Assembly: GCA_036405415.1 (NCBI GenBank)
Contig: DASWXP010000002.1
Location: 492,450 to 556,449 of the forward strand
From: Minisyncoccota bacterium
Lineage (GTDB): Bacteria > Patescibacteriota > Minisyncoccia > Phycocordibacterales > Phycocordibacteraceae
Length of the DNA stretch: 64,000 bases
Reading direction: 5' to 3'
In this document: piece by piece, positions 8,734 to 16,707 of the stretch
Layout: each line of letters begins with the position of its first letter
Position numbering within the stretch: position 1 is the stretch's first letter
The notes under the pieces: model-generated
The model's database searches: none
Seen by the model: only the letters and a program-made list of their open reading frames with translations
What the model was told of the DNA's origin: nothing
Program-made: the position numbers and the translations under genes

Positions 8734-9381
8734 ATGCGCAGAAGAAAAGTATGTGTTGACCTTAATCAGGTCCTGGTCGACACATCCCGCGGACTGTGTC
8801 AGAGACTGAAATCTGACCTGGGCATTCTCGTCCCGACGAAACGGTTCGAAGGGAAGGACGCCGTGAAACAGGTGTTCCCGAACGTCGTCCCCGGGAGTGG
8901 TCCGAAGCGGCTCGAACCCGAGGACTACACTGCGGCAAAAGGCCGTATGTTCGACACTGACGCGTTCTTGTCGGTGCCTGCGGTTCCGGGTGCGGCTGAA
9001 GCGGTGACAAAGCTCATCGCTGTCGGCTACGAAGTAACCGTGGTCACTGACGCGAAGACGGTCCGCAGGGATCGGGTGGCGCGATGGCTTACGGAGCACA
9101 GGTTCCCGAAGCTCGACGTTATCTTCACTCGGAGCATCAGGCCGAAGGCCCCGCACCAATGCCGCTGCGACATCGTCATCGACAACGAGATCGAGCAGCT
9201 CGAGCCGCTTTTGGAAGGGGAGGGCCAGCCGCTGCTGATCCACTTCCTCCCGGAGCCGAACGCTTCAGGTTGCGATCTGGCAACACCGCCCGTCAATCCG
9301 AGGATTCTGACCATGCGCGGCTGGCCCGAAGTACTCGGCCATCTGCTCGCCCTCACCGACGAAGAATCGTTCGCGGCCTAG
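8734..9381 (+). CDS. HAD-superfamily 5'(3')-deoxyribonucleotidase-like protein
   Basis: 215 aa with strong SD (gggagg). N-terminal VCVDLNQVLVDT resembles the DMDGVLAD motif I of the NT5C family, but with Asn in place of the second Asp. C-terminal DIVIDNE fits motif III. Sits in a dTMP-synthesis cluster. Confidence 0.4.
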   Translation: MRRRKVCVDLNQVLVDTSRGLCQRLKSDLGILVPTKRFEGKDAVKQVFPNVVPGSGPKRLEPEDYTAAKGRMFDTDAFLSVPAVPGAAEAVTKLIAVGYEVTVVTDAKTVRRDRVARWLTEHRFPKLDVIFTRSIRPKAPHQCRCDIVIDNEIEQLEPLLEGEGQPLLIHFLPEPNASGCDLATPPVNPRILTMRGWPEVLGHLLALTDEESFAA

Positions 9382-9394
9382 GTCCGGAAAAAAT

Positions 9395-9427
9395 GAAGCC
9401 CCTGCGCCAAAGTGCGCGGGGGCTTTC
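9395..9427. terminator. bidirectional terminator between convergent nucleotidase-like and folA genes
   Basis: Hairpin gaagcccctgcgc-caaagt-gcgcgggggctttc. Confidence 0.5.
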
Positions 9428-9432
9428 GACTA

Positions 9433-9939
9433 TTATCGCTCAAGCGTTACGTGCGCGTATCGCAGCCCTTCGTGCTCGAGTGTCTCCCGGGAGAGTTCCT
9501 TCTGGAATTGATCCTCGTACGAAGGGAAGTACGCGTCTCCTTCCTGCGTATCTTCTACGAGCGTGAGATAGAGGCGACTCGCGAAGGGAAGCGCACACTC
9601 ATACACTTGCTGACCGCCAATAGCGAAGATCTCGTCTGCGCCTTCAACGTCGCGCGCACGTGAGAGTGCTTCTGGGAACGATTGCGCGAGAATCGCACCG
9701 GGTGCCTCGTATGCGGAATCTCGCGTGATAACGATGTTCGTGCGGTTTGGGAGCGGGCGGAACTTCTCCGGAAGAGACTCCCAGGTCTTCCTGCCCATGA
9801 TCACGGGGTGCCCGGAGGTGAGCGCTTTGAAGCGCGGAAGGTCGCCCGGAAGCTTCCAGATGAGATCGTTGTCCTTCCCGATGGCGCGGTTCTTCCCGAG
9901 CGCCGCGATAAGGCTTATTTTTTCTCCTTCTTGTGCCAT
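9433..9939 (-). CDS. folA: dihydrofolate reductase
   Basis: ISLIAALGKNRAIGKDNDLIWKLPGDLPRFKALTSGHPVIMGRKTWESL is the canonical DHFR opening. Confidence 0.85.
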   Translation of the reverse strand: MAQEGEKISLIAALGKNRAIGKDNDLIWKLPGDLPRFKALTSGHPVIMGRKTWESLPEKFRPLPNRTNIVITRDSAYEAPGAILAQSFPEALSRARDVEGADEIFAIGGQQVYECALPFASRLYLTLVEDTQEGDAYFPSYEDQFQKELSRETLEHEGLRYAHVTLER

Positions 9940-10619
9940 GGCTGCGCCTTCTTGATATCGCGGTCGCCCCAGAGCTTCGGGAGCATCATCTCAGGATGCC
10001 AGGTCTTCTTGAGCTCCTTGAGATCGGTGGAGGAGGCATACTTGCCGGCCTTCGTGTAGTCGCGCGCGCGGATAGGTCCGGTCTCAAAGAAGATGATCTG
10101 CGCGATGCGGCGGCCCACGACGAGCGGGATGATGTAGTTCTTGGAGTTGTTCGTGATCTCCATGGTCCAGCGGTTCACATAGCCGACATCGCCCCAGCCG
10201 GCGCACTTACAGACCTCGATGAACTGGCGACCGGTAGAGGAGCGGGCCTTCATCATGGTGGTGATATGGTCCTTGCCGCCGATGAACTCCTGCGTGTGCG
10301 CGAGGATGGTCTCGCCTGGGCGCATGATGATGACCTTGTCGTCAGGACGGATGCCGTCCCACTCGAAGTTGTACTTCTTGAACGCTTCCTTTGCGGTAAC
10401 CGCGCGCTGCACGTCGTCTGCGCCCCATACGTGGCGGGTGTGCTCCTCGCTCCAGATGTTGTAGAGAGAATGATTGTACTTCGGCGGCTGCTCGCGATAG
10501 AAGTACTCGCCAAGCGTCACGTCGTAACTGGATGTTGCGAGTTGGTCGTCATTGAACGGATGGATGACGATGTCGCCCTTCTTCATCTCTTCGAGGATGC
10601 GGGTATCTGAAAGTGCCAT
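9915..10619 (-). CDS. dcd: dCTP deaminase family protein (dUTPase superfamily)
   Basis: LSDTRILEEM...SSYDVTLG matches Dcd N-terminal motifs. 234 aa with a ~45-aa C-terminal extension. Overlaps the folA start by 25 nt. Confidence 0.65.
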   Translation of the reverse strand: MALSDTRILEEMKKGDIVIHPFNDDQLATSSYDVTLGEYFYREQPPKYNHSLYNIWSEEHTRHVWGADDVQRAVTAKEAFKKYNFEWDGIRPDDKVIIMRPGETILAHTQEFIGGKDHITTMMKARSSTGRQFIEVCKCAGWGDVGYVNRWTMEITNNSKNYIIPLVVGRRIAQIIFFETGPIRARDYTKAGKYASSTDLKELKKTWHPEMMLPKLWGDRDIKKAQPWHKKEKK

Positions 10620-10646
10620 GATTGTGAAAGTGTACCTGGGGGAACC

Positions 10647-11477
10647 TTATACCGCCATTGCGGCCTTTATGGTGTCGTGGGACTGATAGTTCTCAAGCTT
10701 GATGTCGTCCATGGTGAAGGAATCGATGTCCTTAACCTCAGGATTGAGCCAGAGGGAAGGGAACGGAAGCGGCTCGCGGGTGAGCTGCTCCTTCACGGCA
10801 TCGAAATGGTCGTGATAGATGTGCGCGTCGTTAAGCGTGAGCACGAGCTCGCCTGGTACCTTTCCGGTCACTTGCGCGACCATGGAAAGAAGAAGGCCGT
10901 AGGATGCGATATTGAACGGAACGCCGAGGAACATGTCGCAGGAGCGCTGCACCATGTGAAGCGAGAGCGTGTCTCCAGTCACGAAGAACTGGAACATCAT
11001 GTGGCACGGGGGGAGCGCCATCTGATCGAGCTCGCCCGGGTTCCAGGCTGAGACGACGAGACGGCGGTCCGTGGGATCGTTCTTGATCTTGTCGATCACA
11101 CGTGCGATCTGATCTACGACCGTTCCGTCCGGAGCCTGCCACTTTCGCCACTGCACGCCGTACACGCGACCGAGGTCTCCCGGGAATTTTGCTTTCGGCT
11201 TCCAATAGTCTGCCTCAGCGTTCGCGGTCCAGATGGTCTTCTCGGAACCGTTCAGTTCCTTTAAGCGGTTGTCGTCGCCGGAGCCTTCAAGAAACCATAG
11301 GAGCTCGCTCTTAACCGCCTTGAAGGCGAGCTTCTTCGTAGTGAGGGCAGGGAACCCGTCCTTCAGGTTGCAGCGGAGTTGGATAGCAAACAGAGCCCTT
11401 GTGTCGCCGTTCCGGCCTGTGCGGTCGACGCCTTCGTCCATGATCTTTCTAAGTGCGTCGAGGTAGGCCTGTTCCAT
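10647..11477 (-). CDS. thyA: thymidylate synthase (ThyA, folate-dependent)
   Basis: DRTGRNGDTRALF, active-site MALPPCHMMFQFFV, and RSCDMFLGVPFNIASY are canonical ThyA motifs. Confidence 0.9.
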   Translation of the reverse strand: MEQAYLDALRKIMDEGVDRTGRNGDTRALFAIQLRCNLKDGFPALTTKKLAFKAVKSELLWFLEGSGDDNRLKELNGSEKTIWTANAEADYWKPKAKFPGDLGRVYGVQWRKWQAPDGTVVDQIARVIDKIKNDPTDRRLVVSAWNPGELDQMALPPCHMMFQFFVTGDTLSLHMVQRSCDMFLGVPFNIASYGLLLSMVAQVTGKVPGELVLTLNDAHIYHDHFDAVKEQLTREPLPFPSLWLNPEVKDIDSFTMDDIKLENYQSHDTIKAAMAV

Positions 11478-11583
11478 AGAGAAAGTATACCGCCCGGGGA
11501 AATGGCCTCTCGGACCTGGGGAAAGCGGGGATAACCCAAATGCTAGGGTATGCTGAGACCTGATCTCAAGGGGGTATCAAAAC

Positions 11584-12288
11584 ATGACTCAAACAAAGAA
11601 AGCAGGACTCCTCATCGCATTTGAAGGAATCGACGGTGCAGGAAAAGCCACGCAGGCGGCCCTTCTTAAGGCCGCGCTCGGCGAGCGTAACGTTTCTTGC
11701 GACGAGGCCGATTTCCCACGCTACGAGAGCAATCTCGGCGGGAAGCTTCTCAAGGAATGTCTCTCGGGGAAACGGGGGGATTTCGTAAATCTCGATCCGA
11801 TGCTTGCATCCTTGCCGTATGCGATCGATCGGTTCGAGTCCGCGGGCCGGATTCACACTGCGCTCGCAGACGGGAAGGTCTTCATCGCTGACCGGTATGT
11901 GGGCTCGAATCAGATCCATCAAGGCGGGAAGTTCGAGAAGGAAGAGGAGCGCGTCGCGTATCTTGCATGGCTCGATCAGCTCGAGCACGAGCTCCTCAAG
12001 AACCCTCGTCCGGATGTCGTGATCTACCTCAAGGCGCCGGTGGAGGTAAGCCTTGCGCTCCTTGCAAAGAAGCGCGCAGCGAAGAACACGCATCTGGAAG
12101 AGGGAGAACTCGACCAGGTAGAACAGGATCGGCAGTACCTCGATAGGAGTCACGCCATGGCCCAGTGGCTCGCTAGCCGCGAACCGAACTGGCACGTCAT
12201 CGACTGTGTCGACTCGAGCGGGAAAATGCGGCCGGAGCAGGAAATCCACGCAGAGATCCTCGCCCTCGTCGACGGTTTCGTTCGCTGA
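11584..12288 (+). CDS. tmk: thymidylate kinase
   Basis: P-loop FEGIDGAGKATQ and DRY motif (ADRYVGS). Divergent from thyA. Confidence 0.85.
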   Translation: MTQTKKAGLLIAFEGIDGAGKATQAALLKAALGERNVSCDEADFPRYESNLGGKLLKECLSGKRGDFVNLDPMLASLPYAIDRFESAGRIHTALADGKVFIADRYVGSNQIHQGGKFEKEEERVAYLAWLDQLEHELLKNPRPDVVIYLKAPVEVSLALLAKKRAAKNTHLEEGELDQVEQDRQYLDRSHAMAQWLASREPNWHVIDCVDSSGKMRPEQEIHAEILALVDGFVR

Positions 12289-12291
12289 TAC

Positions 12292-12323
12292 ACGTCCCCG
12301 CGAAAGCGGGGACGTTCCTTTTG
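12292..12323 (+). terminator. intrinsic terminator after tmk
   Basis: Hairpin acgtccccgc-gaaa-gcggggacgt followed by tcctttt. Confidence 0.55.
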
Positions 12324-12411
12324 GAATACGAACCCGGGAAGGTACTATTTAGGAAACACCATCGGCTTATGAGACAGCGTCCCTAGGAATTAGCAGACTA
12401 TTCACTAACTC

Positions 12412-13713
12412 ATGAGCCAGTACGACCATATTCAGAAAGAAGACCAGGACGTCTTCCGTGCGATAGAAGGGGAGGAGATGCGTGAGGCAGAAGGGCTCGA
12501 GCTCATCCCATCCGAGAACTATGTTTCCCGCGCTGTGCGCGAAGCGATGGGCAGCGTGCTCACGAACAAATATTCGGAAGGCTACCCCGGCAAGCGCTAC
12601 TACGGCGGCCAGGAATTCACGGACCAGGTAGAGACGCTCGCTATCGAGCGCGCGAAAGCGCTCTTCCGTGCGGACCATGCGAACGTGCAGCCCCTAGGAG
12701 GCGCTGCCGCGAACATCGCTGCGTACTTCGCGTGGCTTGAGCCGGGGGACACGATCCTCGGCATGGATCTCGCGCACGGGGGACACCTCACGCACGGCTC
12801 GCCGGTTACGTACATGGCGAAGCTCTACAACTTCGTGCGCTACGGCATGAAGGATCCGGATACCGGAGAGATCGATTACGACGAAATGCTTCGTGTTGCC
12901 AAAGAGACGCGCCCGAAGATCGTGCTCGCAGGGTTCTCAGGGTACCCGCGCACGATCGACTGGAAGCGTGTAGCAGATATCGCAAAAGAAGTGGATGCGG
13001 TTGCGATGGCGGACGTTGCGCACATCGCGGGTCTCATCGCAGGCGGAGCGCTTGAGAATCCGCTCGATCACGGGTTCCACATCATGACTACCACTACCCA
13101 TAAGACGCTCCGCGGTCCGCGTGGCGCTATGATCCTCTCGCAGGGAACGGTATCGAGCCCTCTCAAGGCTCCCGAGAAGACGGTTGAGAACCTTCCGACC
13201 CTCATTGACCGGAGCGTCTTCCCTGGGTTCCAGGGCGGTCCGCACATGCACCAGATCGCCGCGAAAGCGATTGCGTTCAAGGAGGCCTCGACCCCTGCGT
13301 TCCGCGAGTACGCAGCGCAGACGATCAAGAACGCGCAGGCAATGGCAGACGTGTTCACGAGCCGCGGCGTGCGCCTCATCGGCGGCGGCACCGACAACCA
13401 TCTCATCCTTGCGGATGTGTACGGCTCGCTCGGCATCTCAGGCGGGGAAGCGGAGACCCTGCTCGATGCGGCAGGCGTCACGCTTAACAAGAACTCGATC
13501 GCGGGCGACACCCGCAAGCCGTTCGATCCGTCCGGCATCCGCTTCGGCACGCCGGCGATGACTACGCGCGGATTCACGGAAGAGGACTCGAAGGAGGTGG
13601 CGAACATTATGCTTGACGTGCTTACGAAGCGCGATGAGGAAAGCGTTTCTGCTGCACGCTCGCGCGTACGTGAGATTGCGCTTTCGCATCCCGTTCCGGA
13701 AACCTTCATCTAG
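12412..13713 (+). CDS. glyA: serine hydroxymethyltransferase
   Basis: LIPSENYVSRAVREAMGSVLTNKYSEGYPGKRYYGG and TTTTHKTLRGPRG (PLP lysine) are canonical SHMT. Confidence 0.9.
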   Translation: MSQYDHIQKEDQDVFRAIEGEEMREAEGLELIPSENYVSRAVREAMGSVLTNKYSEGYPGKRYYGGQEFTDQVETLAIERAKALFRADHANVQPLGGAAANIAAYFAWLEPGDTILGMDLAHGGHLTHGSPVTYMAKLYNFVRYGMKDPDTGEIDYDEMLRVAKETRPKIVLAGFSGYPRTIDWKRVADIAKEVDAVAMADVAHIAGLIAGGALENPLDHGFHIMTTTTHKTLRGPRGAMILSQGTVSSPLKAPEKTVENLPTLIDRSVFPGFQGGPHMHQIAAKAIAFKEASTPAFREYAAQTIKNAQAMADVFTSRGVRLIGGGTDNHLILADVYGSLGISGGEAETLLDAAGVTLNKNSIAGDTRKPFDPSGIRFGTPAMTTRGFTEEDSKEVANIMLDVLTKRDEESVSAARSRVREIALSHPVPETFI

Positions 13714-13793
13714 GCCTCACCGGTCCTTCAGGCAGGGTGCGCTTTACTGCATGCGTTAGGTCGAGATTACGAATCCTAATCGCACTTTCTAAC

Positions 13794-13910
13794 TATGCAG
13801 ACCATAGGAAGGACCCTGATCGAGTCCGCAGCGATATTCGCCGTAGGATTCGCTATCGTAGGATCGATGCTCTTCGCGTTCTCGCAGAATGCTGCAGCGT
13901 ATCTTGGATA
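13794..13910 (+). CDS. 38-aa hydrophobic micro-protein (speculative)
   Basis: ATG...TAA ORF MQTIGRTLIESAAIFAVGFAIVGSMLFAFSQNAAAYLG, one predicted TM helix, followed by a hairpin at 13916-13950. Below the ORF-track size cutoff. Low support. Confidence 0.2.
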
Positions 13911-14026
13911 ACGTCCGCGTCGAAAGCCGCCCTCAGGGGCGGCTTTCGCGCTGGTAAGCGTTCCTGTGTACGTACGTCTACTACAACGGTCGGATACCTA
14001 AACGCCTAAGTATCTTTCAACTATGT

Positions 14027-14575
14027 ATGACGAGAATTGCTAAAAACCTGTTCCTCTCCGCCGCAGTTCTGCTTGCGGGGCTTGCGACGATAGGACTTCT
14101 CATGACTGCCTTCGTGAATCAGGCAGAAGCACGTGAAGCACACAAGCGCGCAGACGGAACGACGCTTGAGGTCTCCATTAATAACGCAGGCAGCGTGCTC
14201 GTTCGTGGCGCCGAGGTGACCGCGGTATCAGGCAGCATGATAACGGCTCGCACCGAGTGGGGCGCAAGCGCACTCACCTGGACCGTGGACACGAATGGCG
14301 ACACGGACTTCGTATCCCGCGGCAACCAGAACCTCGATATCGACGACATCAACATCGGCGATACCGTGAGCTTCTCAGGCGCGCTCGACATCGACGGCTC
14401 CGCGTTCAACGTCGATGCCGACGTGGTGAAGAACTGGTCGCTTGCTGCGAACGACACGCGCGAGGATCGCGACGAGGCACGTGTCGAAGCGAAGACCGAG
14501 CTCAAGGCGAAGTGGGGCGATTGGATGCGCGGCATCCCGCTCATGAACTGGTTCAACAAGCACGAAAACCGCTAG
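14027..14575 (+). CDS. hypothetical secreted protein (signal peptide)
   Basis: 182 aa with N-terminal signal/TM (LFLSAAVLLAGLATIGLLMTAFVNQAEA), an acidic C-terminal half, and a following terminator. Confidence 0.4.
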   Translation: MTRIAKNLFLSAAVLLAGLATIGLLMTAFVNQAEAREAHKRADGTTLEVSINNAGSVLVRGAEVTAVSGSMITARTEWGASALTWTVDTNGDTDFVSRGNQNLDIDDINIGDTVSFSGALDIDGSAFNVDADVVKNWSLAANDTREDRDEARVEAKTELKAKWGDWMRGIPLMNWFNKHENR

Positions 14576-14582
14576 CGCTTAG

Positions 14583-14616
14583 AAAAACCCCGGCTCACCA
14601 TAGCCGGGGTTTTTCT
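14583..14616 (+). terminator. intrinsic terminator
   Basis: aaaaaccccggct-cacca-tagccggggttttt. Confidence 0.6.
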
Positions 14617-14630
14617 GCTAGTATCGCCGT

Positions 14631-16304
14631 ATGGAAGAGATGCTCTCGCTAGCGATACGGACCGCGCTCGATGAGATGGGCGCGGAGAACGTGCCGTTCT
14701 CGGTCGAATGGCCGGCAGACCTCGCGCACGGGGACTTCGCGACGAACGCTGCGCTCGCCGCCGCAAAGCCTCTTGGCAGGTCTCCGCGCGAGATTGCAGA
14801 TGAGCTCGCGGGAAAGCTTCGCGATGCGCTCGGCGAGCAGGCCGCTTCGGTCGAGGTAGCAGGTCCCGGATTCGTCAACGTCACGCTCGCGCGCGATGCG
14901 ATAGCAAGCGCGATACGGAGTGTGCCAGCTGAAGGGTGGGGCAGCGGAAGCGCTCGCTCGGAAGAGCGGATCGCATTCGAGTATTCCTGTCCGAATCCGT
15001 TCAAGGAGATGCACGTAGGACACGTGATGAGCGCCGTTATCGGCGAAGCTGCATCTCGCATCATCGAGAATCAGGGCGCTCGAGTGCTCCGAGACACGTA
15101 TGGAGGCGACGTAGGTCCGCATGTCGCGAAGGCGCTCTGGGCCTTGAGGCGCAAAGGGAACGAGAACCCGGCAACGCCGAAGGAGATCGGCGAAGCCTAC
15201 GCGCAGGGAAGCCACGCATACGAGGAGAGTGAGGAAGCGAAGGCTGAGATCGATGCGCTCAACGTGTCTCTGTACGAGGCGCTCGCAAAGGAAGAAGGAG
15301 AGCGCAGTGACGAGGACCGGGCGCTTCTTGAGCTTTGGCGCCATGGACGCGATGCGTCGCTAGCTGCGCACGGCGTTATCTGGGACGCACTCGGTACCCA
15401 CTTTGATTACATTCTGCACGAGAGCGAAACCACGCCCATTGGAATCGCGGCAGTGCGCGAGGCGCTTGAGAAAGGGGTGTTCGTAGAAAGCCAAGGAGCG
15501 GTTATCTACAACGGAGAGAAGAAGGGGCTCCACACGCTCGTGTTCCTCACGTCGCGCGGTACGCCGACCTACGAAGCGAAGGATATCGGCCTCGCGTTCC
15601 TGAAGGAGGAGCGCATGGGTCCGCTCGATCGGGTGTACATCACTACTGCTGCCGAGCAGAAGGGGCACTTCGAGGTCTTCCTTGCCGCGCTTTCGGACAT
15701 CGCTCCTGAGCTTGCGGCGAAGACGAAGCATGTGCCCCATGGGTTCCTCCGTCTCACTACCGGGAAGATGTCCTCTCGCGAAGGGAACGTTATCACCGGT
15801 GCTGGCCTCATCAGCGAGATAATCGATACGGCACAGGAGAAGAACGAGGATCCGCTCGTAGCGAAGGCGGTGGCTATCGGTGCGATCAAGTACATGATCC
15901 TGCGCCAGGCCGCGGGCGGCGACATCATCTTTGATCCCGAGAAGTCCCTGTCGCTTGATGGAGACTCGGGTCCGTATCTGCAGTACGCGCTCGTGCGTGC
16001 GCGGTCTGTGCTCGCGCAGGCGCAGAAGCCAGAGGATATCGAGGCGCCCCTAGAGCCGTATGCGCTCGAGCGGCTCATCATCCGGTTCCCGGAGGTGGCG
16101 CGTCGCGCAGAAGCGGAGCTCGCGCCGCACAAGGTCGCGCAGTACCTCACGCAGCTTGCTGGGGAATGGAATTCGTTCTATGCGAACAACCGCATCATCG
16201 GCGGCGAGCACGAGGGCTACAAGCTCCTCCTTGCGCGCGCGTTCGCGCTCACCATGGAGCGAGGCCTCAACCTTCTCGGCATTCCGGTTCCGGAGCGGAT
16301 GTAG
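14631..16304 (+). CDS. argS: arginine--tRNA ligase
   Basis: Class I HIGH motif as PNPFKEMHVGHVMSAV, and the DALR anticodon-binding C-terminus. 557 aa. Confidence 0.9.
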   Translation: MEEMLSLAIRTALDEMGAENVPFSVEWPADLAHGDFATNAALAAAKPLGRSPREIADELAGKLRDALGEQAASVEVAGPGFVNVTLARDAIASAIRSVPAEGWGSGSARSEERIAFEYSCPNPFKEMHVGHVMSAVIGEAASRIIENQGARVLRDTYGGDVGPHVAKALWALRRKGNENPATPKEIGEAYAQGSHAYEESEEAKAEIDALNVSLYEALAKEEGERSDEDRALLELWRHGRDASLAAHGVIWDALGTHFDYILHESETTPIGIAAVREALEKGVFVESQGAVIYNGEKKGLHTLVFLTSRGTPTYEAKDIGLAFLKEERMGPLDRVYITTAAEQKGHFEVFLAALSDIAPELAAKTKHVPHGFLRLTTGKMSSREGNVITGAGLISEIIDTAQEKNEDPLVAKAVAIGAIKYMILRQAAGGDIIFDPEKSLSLDGDSGPYLQYALVRARSVLAQAQKPEDIEAPLEPYALERLIIRFPEVARRAEAELAPHKVAQYLTQLAGEWNSFYANNRIIGGEHEGYKLLLARAFALTMERGLNLLGIPVPERM

Positions 16305-16389
16305 ATAAGACGCTTGCGGGTTTCTATATTCGGGGGTAGGGTAGCGCTTGTCTCCATGGGGGAGGCATTGAAAATCCAAGGAGGACGCT

Positions 16390-16626
16390 TTGTCCAAAAG
16401 AATCAAGGTCAGCAGGAAACGCATGGATGTTCTGGCGCAGCTGGCGCGGGAACGCCGTATGAAGATCGATGAGATCTTCTGGGCCTGCGCCGCGTGGCTT
16501 CGGGCCCGGGGGGAACGCGTGAAGGACTTCACGATCAGGAACTGGCTGAGTCGCTACAAGCAGACCCGCCGCATCCACCCCAAGGTGGCCCACTTCGCCC
16601 AGCATCTCCAGGCCGCGTCCGCCTGA
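16390..16626 (+). CDS. small basic protein, possible DNA-binding (hypothetical)
   Basis: 78 aa, TTG start 7 nt after a perfect AAGGAGG Shine-Dalgarno (rare in this window), Lys/Arg-rich, followed by a terminator hairpin. Confidence 0.35.
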   Translation: MSKRIKVSRKRMDVLAQLARERRMKIDEIFWACAAWLRARGERVKDFTIRNWLSRYKQTRRIHPKVAHFAQHLQAASA

Positions 16627-16644
16627 GGTCCTGAACCTGGTTCA

Positions 16645-16680
16645 ACGGTCCGCGCTTGCGCGGGCCGTTTTCCTTTTCAT
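16645..16680 (+). terminator. intrinsic terminator
   Basis: acggtccgcgc-ttg-cgcgggccgt then tttcctttt. Confidence 0.5.
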
Positions 16681-16707
16681 ATATGAAGCGCTAGGATAAG
16701 GAAATCT

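Noticed and set aside
13737-14009. 90-aa Arg-rich ORF in the glyA to 14027 spacer
   Set aside because: Low-complexity Arg-rich translation typical of an out-of-frame reading of GC-rich DNA. No SD, and it spans a terminator-like hairpin.
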